Assembly: GCA_965217895.1 (NCBI GenBank)
Contig: CBDCJV010000002.1
Span: forward strand, 1,632,001 to 1,696,000
From: Waterburya sp.
GTDB taxonomy: Bacteria; Cyanobacteriota; Cyanobacteriia; Cyanobacteriales; Xenococcaceae
Direction: 5' to 3'
Length of the DNA stretch: 64,000 bases
Under the pieces are notes generated by a model. It was not told where the DNA came from. It ran no database searches and saw only the letters and a program-made list of their open reading frames with translations. Every line of letters begins with the position of its first letter. Within the stretch, counting starts at the first letter, position 1. Position numbers and translations under genes: made by a program. Of the stretch, positions 19,371-29,364 are shown one piece after another.

Positions 19371-19947
19371 CTAAAGCCAGTGTTTAGGATAAGGTCTACC
19401 CTCAACTAAATTACTAAAAATTACAGTAACTAAAACAATAATAATTGACCCTCCCAAGGCTGGAGTCAAAATAAAGTGCCAATCTGCATTACTCAAAACT
19501 CCAACTAAAGCAACTGCTCCTCAAGAGTGGATGCACTGTTCTGGTTAGTTGCGTTAATTTAATGGTAGTAGCTACCGCCAGAGCCATAACCCAAGGGGCT
19601 GTACCAAATAAATATACTAAAAATACGCAGGTCAATGCACCTATTGTATTACCTACAATAACATTGCATGGTTGAGCTAAAGGACTATCAGGCACACCGA
19701 AAACTAATACCGCAGTTGCTCCAAAAGGTGCAGCAATCAAAGGATAAGAGCTATAAACCGAAAGGTAAGCTAGAATTGCTATCCCGATAAAACTACCAAC
19801 ATAAGAAAGCAAAATATGTTGCCAGGAAAATTTTGGTTGGTGTTTGTGGCTTTGCTGCAAAGCGTAAAATTTACGTCTCCAACGCCTAACAAAAGAGCGA
19901 TTAATTGGTTTGTTAGCAGCAGTAGAGGTCTTTTGAGAATGTCGCAT
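19371..19947 (-). pseudogene. HPP-family membrane protein (NitM-like nitrite transporter), frameshifted at the HPP motif
   Basis: APFGATAVLVFGVPDSPLAQP; after TVHP the +1 frame reads GAVALVGVLSNADWHFILTP..GRPYPKHWL* (stop 19371). Confidence 0.85.
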
Positions 19948-20068
19948 TAGTTACAAGAGCGATAAGTAATTGAAGGCTATGCCACGCATCGTTATTAGAT
20001 TTAGCAAAAATAATTTAAATACAGCTAATTATGCTTTATAGTCAATATATCATGACAAAACCGCATAA

Positions 20069-20084
20069 AGTATCTTTAGATACA
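20069..20084. promoter_or_regulatory. NtcA box upstream of the HPP gene
   Basis: GTA-TCTTTAGA-TAC; on the minus strand a TGnTATATT extended -10 follows 20 nt later. Confidence 0.7.
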
Positions 20085-20214
20085 GAAATATTTAATGACC
20101 AGTCAAACTTTTGCTTATAAAAGCGATCGCACTGTAGTTACAATTTCAAACTCTAATTAACTTTGCAAAACAACGCACTGTTACCGATAAAAATTCTGTA
20201 ATTATCTACAAGTC

Positions 20215-20850
20215 ATGAATAGTCAAGTTGTCAAGCTCAATCGAAATTTAATACCTGAAATCAAAAGTCGCCTCCAAGCAGGGGAAGTCATTATTCTTCC
20301 TACAGATACTGTCTATGCATTAGTCGCTAAAGGCAACGATACAGAGGCTGTAACTCGACTCAGACAAATCAAAGCCTTTTCTTCTGCCCAACCTTTAGGC
20401 GTATTTACCTGCAAAGAAAAAGCAGAGCAAGTGGTGGAAATTGATCGAGTCGCTCTACAAATGATGAATCATTTTCCCTATCCCGTGACGATGATTATGC
20501 GGGCAAAACCTACTTTATCCGAGGCGGTAACCAACGGATTTAAAAATGTTTTTGTCACCTGTCCAGATCGATTTATTTACGATCTAGTTATGGAAATACC
20601 TTTTCCCATTGTGGCAACTTCTGCTGCTTTTGCAGGCATTCAAGCAACTAATGCCGATCTAGCGGTCAAGTTTTATGGCGACAAAGTTTCTTTAATTGCC
20701 GATGGTGGTGAGAGTAAACACGGCAGAAGTGGCACTTTAGTAGATTTTACAGTGGAATTGCCAACTATTATGACCTATGGCACAGTTTCTCTAGACGATC
20801 TTAGACCTTTAATTCCTAACATTGTTCTTCCTGCCCACATGAGGAAATAA
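20215..20850 (+). CDS. Sua5/YrdC/YwlC-family protein, divergent
   Basis: VIILPTDTVYAL, ATSA, DGG..GTLVD; the KxR and SxN motifs are altered. Confidence 0.8.
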   Translation: MNSQVVKLNRNLIPEIKSRLQAGEVIILPTDTVYALVAKGNDTEAVTRLRQIKAFSSAQPLGVFTCKEKAEQVVEIDRVALQMMNHFPYPVTMIMRAKPTLSEAVTNGFKNVFVTCPDRFIYDLVMEIPFPIVATSAAFAGIQATNADLAVKFYGDKVSLIADGGESKHGRSGTLVDFTVELPTIMTYGTVSLDDLRPLIPNIVLPAHMRK

Positions 20851-20941
20851 AAATGAAGAGTTAACAGTTTTCTGAACATTCGTCTCAAGCATGGCTTAAT
20901 TAAGTTATGAAACGTTAACTTGACCAAGGTACGGATAATTT

Positions 20942-20957
20942 TGTATCTTTGAATACA
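20942..20957. promoter_or_regulatory. NtcA box upstream of the 21013 ORF
   Basis: TGTA-TCTTTGAA-TACA, matching the consensus. Confidence 0.65.
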
Positions 20958-21012
20958 GAAAGTATTTTTAATTTATGATGTTACGTGCTTTAAAATAATT
21001 TAGGAAAGAACG

Positions 21013-21279
21013 ATGAAGCTCCAAAAACCAAGCGAACAAAATTCGGCAGTGCAATGGTGTTCGATTCCTCTGAATCGGACTCAAGAAAAAACAGCTATGC
21101 CCCAACCCCAACCAGATACTTGGGTGCAACTGTTAGAACCAGAATCATTTAGTTCTCTTTGCGACGACGAAGCTTTGCTGCTTTGTCAAATATCAAACTG
21201 GGAGTGGGCTGCTTGGATTCCTAGCCACGGTGAAGCAGTGATTAATATCGAGCAGTTTTGTTTTCCTGTAAACATTTAG
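21013..21279 (+). CDS. Conserved cyanobacterial hypothetical protein
   Basis: PDTWVQLL..DEALLLCQ..WAAWIPSHGE pattern. Confidence 0.7.
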   Translation: MKLQKPSEQNSAVQWCSIPLNRTQEKTAMPQPQPDTWVQLLEPESFSSLCDDEALLLCQISNWEWAAWIPSHGEAVINIEQFCFPVNI

Positions 21280-21532
21280 TTTTAATTGTTACTGCCTCAC
21301 TGTTTATTTTTGGTAAATACCTAATCAGCTCGTATTTAGGTAAAAATAGCCTGGGTTCAGCCTGTGATGCTGCTGGTTCTTTGATTGTCTTTTTAGCTTG
21401 GGTATTTACTCGGCTCAGATTTTATTATTTGGTGCAGAGCTTACTCAAGTTTACACTCGCAGATATGGCAGTAAAATTCGCCCCAATAGTCATGCAGTAA
21501 TGATTGACTCTTCTAAGGATAGATCTGATTGA
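21280..21532 (+). pseudogene. YihY/BrkB membrane protein, C-terminal fragment
   Basis: LFIFGKYLISSYLG..AAGSLIVFLAWV then, after a frameshift, SAQILLFGAELTQVY. Confidence 0.8.
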
Positions 21533-21575
21533 CAGTTATTCTCATAATTGTTCATTCAAAGTTGAGAAGTATCAA

Positions 21576-21731
21576 TTAGTTTCCACGATAGGTACTGTAG
21601 CCGTAGGGACTAACAATTACTGGCACATGATAATGTTCTTCAGGATCTTCTACGTCAAAAACTACGTTAATTTCTGGAAAAAAGGTTTCTCCATCTTCTG
21701 ACATATCAAAAGTAAGTTTGTAAACACCTTT
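21576..21731 (-). pseudogene. uraH: Hydroxyisourate hydrolase (transthyretin-like) C-terminal fragment
   Basis: Manual translation [37 protein letters not shown]; the 5' end abuts the truncated SDR out of frame. Confidence 0.85.
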
Positions 21732-22158
21732 TTCGACCATACCCAGCTTTTTTCATCTCAGGAGCGCATAGTTGCGATAACCGCCAGGCACTAAATACAT
21801 TTAGTTGAAAAGTTCGAGCAAAGTCATCTACCGAAATATCTGAGGGGCTTTCTTTTCCAGCACCACCACCGCCAACGTTGTTGACTAAAATATTTATACT
21901 GCCAAACTCATCAATTGTACGCTTGACTAAATTGCTTAGATCTTCGTCTTTAGTTACGTTACAGGATACGGCGATCGCTTTTCCGCCTTTCTGTTTAATT
22001 TCATCGGCTACTTTTTGAGCATCTTCTGTTTTTAAATCTGCCACGATGATATTAGCACCAGAATTAGAAAGCATAAGACAGCATCCTTTGCCAATACCGT
22101 TTCCACCTCCTGTAACGATCGCAGTTTTACCTTCTAGGTTAAATAGTTCTGTATTCAT
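21706..22158 (-). pseudogene. SDR oxidoreductase (HdhA-like), truncated before the catalytic YxxxK
   Basis: TGGGNGIG, NNVGGGG; homology ends at MKKAGYG. Confidence 0.85.
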
Positions 22159-22306
22159 GATCTTTGTTGTTTGTGGTTAATTTTGTTTAATCGAAACGCC
22201 TTACTAAATCTAGGTATGATTCTCAGTAATTTTAAATCTCAATCGAGTTGTAGCTATCAGCTAATAGCTAATAGCTACGAGAAGAAGTACTCTGTAAGTT
22301 ATACGT

Positions 22307-23677
22307 TCAATTACCAGCGTCGATTAAATAGTCAGCTACGGCTTGATAGGCTGGTAGGGAATAAGGGTCGTTGGCAGAATTAGCGGCAACGGGATGAGAA
22401 GCAAAACGCACGATAACCATCTCGGCCGTAGGATCGATATAGATAGTTTGTCCGTGTATGCCCCGTGCAGCAAATGCACCGTTTTCATTATTGGTAATCC
22501 ACCACAGATCTCGGTAAGACCAACCTTTCAATTCATCATGATCTGACTTCGCAAATTTCTCTTTACTTCCGCCTTGTTGAATATCTTCGATGGCACTTTG
22601 AGGAATAATCTGTTCGCCCTGCCAATTTCCTTTACGGCGAATCAGTTCTCCAAAACGCCCCAAATCGCGTAAACCTGCATTGAATCCGCCTCCCGCCGAA
22701 GGAGTCCCTAATTCATCTACTGAATAATAGCCATCCTGTTCCATACCAAGGGGCTGCCATATTTTTTCAGATAGCAACTGCGCTACTGATTTTTCCGTCA
22801 CTTTAGAAACGATCCAACCCAAAGCATCGGCGTTTACAGTTTTGTAGCCAAAAGCTTCACCATGTTCGCCATCCTTTTGTACCGTTTGCAGATATTCATA
22901 ATAGCCAACAGGTCCATTGTAATCTTTGGGCTTGGGAAGGGGAGTTCCCGCGATCGCATATTGCCAAACTTCAGCGTTGGGATCGGCATAATCTTCGCTG
23001 TAATCTAAGGCGGTAGTCATATCCATTACTTGCCTGACGGTAGCATCGCCAAAAGCCGAATTTTGTAGTTCAGATACGTATTCAACTACGGTTTTGTTTT
23101 CATCCAGCAATCCTTCGGCAGCTAACATAGCACCTAACGTTCCCGTAAACGATTTAGTCAGGGACATGACCGCGTGTTTCCCAACCTCGTCTAAGGCAGC
23201 AAAATACCTTTCATAAACAATTTTGCCTTGATGTAGGATCAGTATGCCATCGGTATAATTCTTCCCTAGAGAAGCTGCCCAAGTCATTTCTTCTTCCGAA
23301 TTCCCAGGAACAAAAGTTAGCGTGTCGATATTTTCATCTAAATCGTATTCAAAGGGAATTGTTGCTTTGGTTATGCCACGGGAAACATCAACTGTAGGCA
23401 TAAACTGCCTCATGTGCGCCACACTATAGCGTAAAGCGGGAAATTTGAAAAAAGAGCCATCGGCAAGCTTTAAGCGTTTATCTTCTGGAGGTGGGAAGCC
23501 CTGCATCCAGCCCATTTTTATCGGGTCGCTTTCCCCAGCCGAGAGATATTGCTTTTCTTGGTTATTTTGGGCAGATGAATTCACGGTGATAAAAAATACA
23601 GCAAAAAGTACAGTTGTGAGTCCTAAGATATTTTTGGAAATACGAGAAAATGATAGAAAATGATTTTTACGCTTCAT
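22307..23677 (-). CDS. Class C beta-lactamase-like serine hydrolase (NylB/6-aminohexanoate-dimer hydrolase-like) with signal peptide
   Basis: MGWMQGFPPP, SLTK (SxxK), FGYKT, ARGIHGQ. Confidence 0.9.
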   Translation of the reverse strand: MKRKNHFLSFSRISKNILGLTTVLFAVFFITVNSSAQNNQEKQYLSAGESDPIKMGWMQGFPPPEDKRLKLADGSFFKFPALRYSVAHMRQFMPTVDVSRGITKATIPFEYDLDENIDTLTFVPGNSEEEMTWAASLGKNYTDGILILHQGKIVYERYFAALDEVGKHAVMSLTKSFTGTLGAMLAAEGLLDENKTVVEYVSELQNSAFGDATVRQVMDMTTALDYSEDYADPNAEVWQYAIAGTPLPKPKDYNGPVGYYEYLQTVQKDGEHGEAFGYKTVNADALGWIVSKVTEKSVAQLLSEKIWQPLGMEQDGYYSVDELGTPSAGGGFNAGLRDLGRFGELIRRKGNWQGEQIIPQSAIEDIQQGGSKEKFAKSDHDELKGWSYRDLWWITNNENGAFAARGIHGQTIYIDPTAEMVIVRFASHPVAANSANDPYSLPAYQAVADYLIDAGN

Positions 23678-23716
23678 TGAGTTTTGTTTTCATGTGTCTT
23701 TAGTAGATTATCTAAA

Positions 23717-24004
23717 TTAAGTGTCGTCGCCTCCGAAGCTAATATTTCCACCAATACCTAGATATCTGCTAGATGGATTAGCTTCTCTATTTACAACTTC
23801 TACTACATCTACTTCTACATTTTCTCGCTCAAATTGAGCAAGCTTTTTGGCATTTGATTTTACGATCAAAGATCCTAGACTTTTTGCATTAGAAACGCCT
23901 GACTGTTCAGTCGCCTGAGCATTAGCAGCTAACGGTTTAAGCAATAGTAATATTGTGGCAAAGCCGAAGAATAGACAAGTTGATTTGGTTTTTAAAGAAA
24001 ACAT
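23717..24004 (-). pseudogene. Secreted/outer-membrane protein, N-terminal part only
   Basis: Signal peptide, then stops right after YLGIGGNISFGG, which resembles the first strand of cyanobacterial small beta-barrel proteins. Confidence 0.5.
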
Positions 24005-24145
24005 TAAATTTGTACTCCTATCAATGTATCGAGTTGTGTAAAAACCCCTAGCAATATTTTTTGACCACATCTTGTGGTGTACCTCTGACTCGGTTGAGAT
24101 ACTTTTGAGCTATTGCTTTATTTATAACCAGAAGTTTTGAGGAAC

Positions 24146-24715
24146 TTATAGAGTTGCACCTCCGCTGAGTATCCAATCTGCCTTTGATAGTCCCAAGCCA
24201 ACTACACAAACTGGTGGCATCAATGCTACAGCGATCGCCGTACCAGCTAAACTGGAAGAGGTTTTCGGCTCTACTTTGGCAAAACCAGCGATCGCCCCCG
24301 CTGCAATCGCTATTCCTAAATCGATTATAGTCGGTTGCGATCGCGATGTTATCTCGCTACCAAATTGAGGAATTGCCACCATAAATCCTAACAGCCAAGC
24401 TAAAGCAATTGAGATCGCTGTTCCTACGGCAATTGCCTTAAATGACTTATGAAACAAAGCCACGTCGCCAGCCAAGGCTGCAAAGGCTAAGGATCTGATC
24501 GGCAGCATCAAAGGAGCAACAATCATAGCACCAATAATCACAGCAGCACTATTTGAGAGTAGTCCGAAAGTAGCAATGGCACAAGAACCTATAGTCAATG
24601 CTAGATAGTAGACATCCAAGTTTGATTCTTCTGATAAACCTGAATGCATTTCCTGTATCTCGGCTGGATGAAGTTTTCTAGCACCTAATTTTTTAAAATG
24701 GCTGCGAAGACTCAC
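24146..24715 (-). pseudogene. DUF389 (TIGR00341) membrane protein, 3'-truncated
   Basis: IATFGLLSNSAAVIIGAMIVAPLM, GTAIAVALMPP; ends at GGATL. Confidence 0.8.
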
Positions 24716-24748
24716 TTAATGACCTTTGTTCTTGTATTTATTTATAAT

Positions 24749-25105
24749 TCATGCAAAATTAAAAAAAGTAGTAGGATCGAAAGGCTTATTAATAAATCCT
24801 TGGATTCCAGAAGCATAGAAGCGACGACGATCTGCTTTTTGAGCTTTAGCAGTCAAAAAAATTACGGGAATATGCTTAACTTGAGGATTACCCTGTAGCT
24901 GCTTGAGAGTTGCCAATCCGTCCATTTCGGGCATCATTACATCCATTACGATCGCATCTGGCTGTTCGGTTTCGGCTTTAGCGATGCACTCCTGTTCTGA
25001 AGCTGCGGTAAACACCGTCCATCCTTCTCGTTTTAAACCGACACGAGCCACTGCTAAAATTGAAGCTTCGTCATCTACAAGCAAAATGCGTTTATCATTC
25101 ATCAT
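24749..25105 (-). CDS. Single-domain (CheY-like) response regulator; last helix possibly altered
   Basis: LLVDDE, VMDVMMP, FLTA, KPFDP. Confidence 0.88.
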   Translation of the reverse strand: MMNDKRILLVDDEASILAVARVGLKREGWTVFTAASEQECIAKAETEQPDAIVMDVMMPEMDGLATLKQLQGNPQVKHIPVIFLTAKAQKADRRRFYASGIQGFINKPFDPTTFFNFA

Positions 25106-25126
25106 TTATCATTTAGCTAGCTGGTC

Positions 25127-25153
25127 AATGTTCAATGTTCAATGTTCAATGAT
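25127..25153. repeat. Heptamer tandem repeat (AATGTTC)n
   Basis: AATGTTC x3 plus a degenerate copy between the kinase and the response regulator. Confidence 0.7.
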
Positions 25154-25156
25154 TGG

Positions 25157-27193
25157 TCATAGAGGCAACTTTTCTGACGATTCTAAGTTAAGTTTAGGCA
25201 GAGTAAAATAAAACGTGCTTCCCTTACCAAACTCACTTTCAGCCCAGATGCGACCTCCGTGTTCTGAGATAATTTTGTAACAGATGGGCAGACCCAAGCC
25301 AGTACCTCCTTTGTCTCGCGAGTCGGAAGCATCTACCTGTTTAAATCGCTCAAAAATGCTGCCTAATATATCTGCGGGAATTCCGCGCCCTGTATCGCTA
25401 ACTTTAAATAAAACCTTGCGTTCTAAGTTTTCAACTGTAACCTGAACCGAGCTATTAGGTGGGGAAAATTTGATCGCGTTGCTGAGTAAATTGGTTAGAG
25501 TTTGGTAGATATGATCGCGATCGATATTAATGATGATTGAGATAGGTTTTGCTACCAAAGTAATATTTTCAGCTTTTGCCATTGGTTGCATGACTTTGAT
25601 CGCTTCGCGAATTAAAACGACAGCATCACACGACTGTTTAACCATTTTTACTTTGCCTGATGCAATTCTCTCTAAGTCAAGCACATCATTTACCAGACGC
25701 ACTAAGCGATCCGTATTGGTTACGGCAATATTTAGCATTTCGCGGTCTTCTTGGGATAATCCACTTTGAGGATTGGTTACAATCAATTTTAAAGCACCGT
25801 ATATAGAGGTTAAGGAGGTGCGTAATTCATGACTAACTACCGAAATAAATTCATCCTTCATCTGTTCGGTAGCTTTGCGATCGCTGATATCGTTAATTAA
25901 ACTAAAAAATCCTTCTACTTTTCCTTCTGAGTTGAAATCGGGAATATAGGTAACATTAACCCAACGTGAGGAGCGATCGCTTGATAAGATTTCATTTTCA
26001 TAGTTTACTATCTGCCCTGACAAGGCTAATTCTACATACTGTTTGATTTGCTGGTAATTCACCTCGCCCAGAATCTCTCGAAGATGGCTGCCAATAACTT
26101 CAGTACTGGGTTTTTTGTGCCAATCTTCATAAGTCTGATTGACAAATTGATAGCACTGGTGACAATCGACATAAGCGATTAATGCGGGTAAGGCATCTGT
26201 GATTAAACGAAGCTGTGTTTCACTTTGCTGCATTGCAGCTCTAGATTGTTTTTTTTCGGTAATATCTAAGATAATTCCATCTAACCACTGAAGTTTGCCA
26301 TCAGGGTCGAAGATTCCTTGTCCTTTATCCTCGATCCAAATAATTGCTCTATCTGAGCGAGTAATTCGATACTCAACCGTATAAGATTTTTTCTTGGCGA
26401 TCGCTTTATGAACTTCTCCAAAAACGCGATCGCGGTCTTCTGGATAAATAATGCTGTTAAAAGATCGACCTTGATTGTAGACAAAATCGCTAGCTGCATA
26501 ACCAGAGATTGTCGTAATTTTATCGTTCAAGAATTCCATCGTCCAATAAATATCGTCGGCACAACGGTATATTGCGCCTGGAACATTAGCGACTAGAGTT
26601 TTGAATCGTTCTTTTACATACTGGTAATCTTGTTCTATTTTGTGGGCGCTTATCTTTGACTGCCATCCCCGCTTCTCGATCTGGCGTACATTATCAACTT
26701 CGGCTAACACGGAAAGATATTGCTGCAAATGTAATAGTTCATCATCTGAAACCAGTCCTTCAAATGGCAAAACACGCACTAAATTTCCATACTGCCGATA
26801 AAGTTTCTCAGGCGAATCATCGATCGCAATTATCTTCTCTAATGCGTATCCACATCTTTTCACCTTCTTCAAATCTTTGATCCAATATGAGGCGTAGCGT
26901 TTGTAATCGAATTTACGGACGCATCGCTCTTGTGACCAGAGAAACGCTAAATCTTCTTTTTTGCTGCCAAATAAATTCAAACTTATCTCTTCGGCATAGT
27001 CTTTTGAGGAAGATGTCCAAACGGCTACCGCCGAAAAAGATGCAAAGCAAAAATCGATAAACGAACGAGCATGAGGACGCACGTATACAAAATATGGTCC
27101 AACAACAAAATCCTGGACTCGCTCTAGAGGCTTTTCTGCTGCATGGATTAATGTTTCATCAAGATCTAGAATGATTATTTTATCAAATGTCAT
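25157..27193 (-). CDS. NIF/FCP1-type HAD phosphatase fused to a PAS-PAS histidine kinase
   Basis: ILDLDETLIH, VWTSS, KDL, IDDSP; two PAS/PAC domains; SHELRT H-box, NLLSNAIKF, DTGRG, GTGLGL. Confidence 0.85.
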   Translation of the reverse strand: MTFDKIIILDLDETLIHAAEKPLERVQDFVVGPYFVYVRPHARSFIDFCFASFSAVAVWTSSSKDYAEEISLNLFGSKKEDLAFLWSQERCVRKFDYKRYASYWIKDLKKVKRCGYALEKIIAIDDSPEKLYRQYGNLVRVLPFEGLVSDDELLHLQQYLSVLAEVDNVRQIEKRGWQSKISAHKIEQDYQYVKERFKTLVANVPGAIYRCADDIYWTMEFLNDKITTISGYAASDFVYNQGRSFNSIIYPEDRDRVFGEVHKAIAKKKSYTVEYRITRSDRAIIWIEDKGQGIFDPDGKLQWLDGIILDITEKKQSRAAMQQSETQLRLITDALPALIAYVDCHQCYQFVNQTYEDWHKKPSTEVIGSHLREILGEVNYQQIKQYVELALSGQIVNYENEILSSDRSSRWVNVTYIPDFNSEGKVEGFFSLINDISDRKATEQMKDEFISVVSHELRTSLTSIYGALKLIVTNPQSGLSQEDREMLNIAVTNTDRLVRLVNDVLDLERIASGKVKMVKQSCDAVVLIREAIKVMQPMAKAENITLVAKPISIIINIDRDHIYQTLTNLLSNAIKFSPPNSSVQVTVENLERKVLFKVSDTGRGIPADILGSIFERFKQVDASDSRDKGGTGLGLPICYKIISEHGGRIWAESEFGKGSTFYFTLPKLNLESSEKLPL

Positions 27194-27227
27194 TGAACCA
27201 AAATCAGATGATTTATTTCTATCTTAC

Positions 27228-28646
27228 TTAAGATTGATATTTAACAGGATTCTTTCGCAAGCGATCGGCTTCTTCCACAATTTCGTCAAATCCTCCTTGG
27301 GCAATTTTAGCAACGTAATTAATTTTAATTTCTTCTAACATATCTACTAGTAGAGACTCAATATCCCGAAGATTATTTTTCTTTTGTAGTTCTAGTTTCA
27401 AAGCATCACGAAAATTTGTTAGCAAACGTTCAGATAATTGGGCTGCAACAGGATCTTTGACACCTTTGACTATATTGTTATAAGCCGTTTGAGAAAAATC
27501 TTTTGCTAACTGTTCGCCAAATTGAGCGGGTAATTCCTGAAAACCAGGAATATTTTGCAATCTTTGGTAGATAGGCGATCGCTCAATAGTACTTGCGATC
27601 GCATGATGCAATAAAGCTTCCAAATCTGGTTGAACTTGAGGAAGAACGTCGTGGACACTTATATTTACTAAACGAGTCGCAATTGCTTTAACTTCATGGC
27701 GATTATTAACCCGGACATAAGAACGATGTTCGGGATGAAGCAGCCGATGTGCCACCTCACCTCTTTTAATAGACTTCTGCACCTGATTGATAATTTGAAT
27801 GCCTAGAAGTTCGGCAATTTCTTCAATAAAACCAAGAATAAAACCATAGTTAAGCTGCTTACGTAAAGGCTTTAGATTTAATAAATTGGCTTGATATAGA
27901 CGAACCGTTACAGGAATAATTCGTAGGAATCGCCATAAGGGAAGTATTAAAGGGAAGTCATACCAACGGCGTAATAGTGCCTCCCACCAGCTTAAATGGG
28001 AATTACGACGGCTAATATAGAAGGTACGAATTAATATATCTAGGGCAAATATAATTATAAAAGGTAAATCGATTAACCAGAAATAGTCAACGAATTTGCC
28101 GAACTTACCCAGATCTCGATAGTAATTAGTAGCAATTAGCGGTTTAATTTCTTTGTCAAAAAAACTAATTTCCGATTGCCAACCTGCTTCATCAAGATAA
28201 GCCTGACTCCAAAAAGTAGCAAAAGTATTGCCAGGGTCGTTTTGACCTAGGCGATCGCTAAGTTCGTGCTTAATTTTTTCTAAAGTACCGCTTTTGCCAA
28301 TCGCTGCAAAGGGATTATCTTCCAGCAGGCGATCGCTTGTGATTCGCAATTTTATCAGTTCTTCTTGGGCTTGAGGTTTATCTAATTCCTCTGTTGAAAA
28401 CTCTTTTAAGGTATTAAATTGTTCTAAATAGTCTTCCGTTATCGGCTGGGGTTCAATTCCTTTAACTGGGTCATAAAATTGGGTCAAGGGTGGGGAAGCT
28501 TGCAGGTAAAAATCGCGCCAGGGTACGTAACTATAATCGAATAAGACTATAGCAAAATTTACCAGAGCCAGAATTGCCACTAGCTTCGTAATCCAATTCT
28601 TTTTCTGGGACTTTTTGGCGATCGCAGATTGAGATAAAATATTCAA
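27228..28646 (-). CDS. Conserved cyanobacterial membrane protein with an ion-transport-like TM segment
   Basis: FDYSYVPWRDFY, YDPVKGIEP, RRWYD..WRFLRIIP. Confidence 0.65.
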   Translation of the reverse strand: MNILSQSAIAKKSQKKNWITKLVAILALVNFAIVLFDYSYVPWRDFYLQASPPLTQFYDPVKGIEPQPITEDYLEQFNTLKEFSTEELDKPQAQEELIKLRITSDRLLEDNPFAAIGKSGTLEKIKHELSDRLGQNDPGNTFATFWSQAYLDEAGWQSEISFFDKEIKPLIATNYYRDLGKFGKFVDYFWLIDLPFIIIFALDILIRTFYISRRNSHLSWWEALLRRWYDFPLILPLWRFLRIIPVTVRLYQANLLNLKPLRKQLNYGFILGFIEEIAELLGIQIINQVQKSIKRGEVAHRLLHPEHRSYVRVNNRHEVKAIATRLVNISVHDVLPQVQPDLEALLHHAIASTIERSPIYQRLQNIPGFQELPAQFGEQLAKDFSQTAYNNIVKGVKDPVAAQLSERLLTNFRDALKLELQKKNNLRDIESLLVDMLEEIKINYVAKIAQGGFDEIVEEADRLRKNPVKYQS

Positions 28647-29364
28647 AAAACTACCTTATTCTCCAAATTTTATTAAAAAGCTTTAAGCTGCAAACTAATA
28701 AGTTTGAGGTAAAGCCAATATCCATTAAGCGTTAAATATTTTACAAAACAATCACTAAAAAGGCAGATAATGCTAAAGCAAAAAGAAGTGCTTTTTCCAT
28801 TTGTTTACTAAGCATTTTTTAGCAAAGCTAATAGTTAATAGCTACCGCAAAGCGGTTTTTGAATTTACTTCGATGAATGGTAACGATTGAAGATTTCATC
28901 GGTAATCCACTGAGTAGCTCTTGAAAAATTTTTTCTGGGAACAAAGCGATCGCGATAATTATTCGTGTAATCGACTCTGTTGAGCTTTGTGCGAGATATA
29001 TATGCAGCGAAATCAATTTAAAAGATAGCTTTTAATAAATATGGTCAAAAGGGAGACAAATTCTTTGACTTTCCTCACAAGTTACTCATAACTTTTGCTT
29101 AGTTTAGATAAAACTGAAAAAGACAAAAAGAGAATTTTAAATATTTATCCAACTAAAGTTAGATTTTTTTTATGCCTTTAGCTAGAAGTAAATAAGGGTA
29201 CTCAATCTTTAAGGTAGAGGCAGAAAAACAAACAGAATGCTCAACCTATTGCTTATTTATGGTCAGAATTGAGATGATCTTTTCAATCGTAATTCTCTAC
29301 CGTAATAACTGTTCAAGAGGGTCACAGAACAAGATCGCCAACTAATACAACTAAAGCTTCTGCT

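Noticed and set aside
28864..28955. Possible glycine dehydrogenase scrap (FSRATQWITDEIFNRYHS) after a HIP1 site
   Set aside because: Too short to support without a search.
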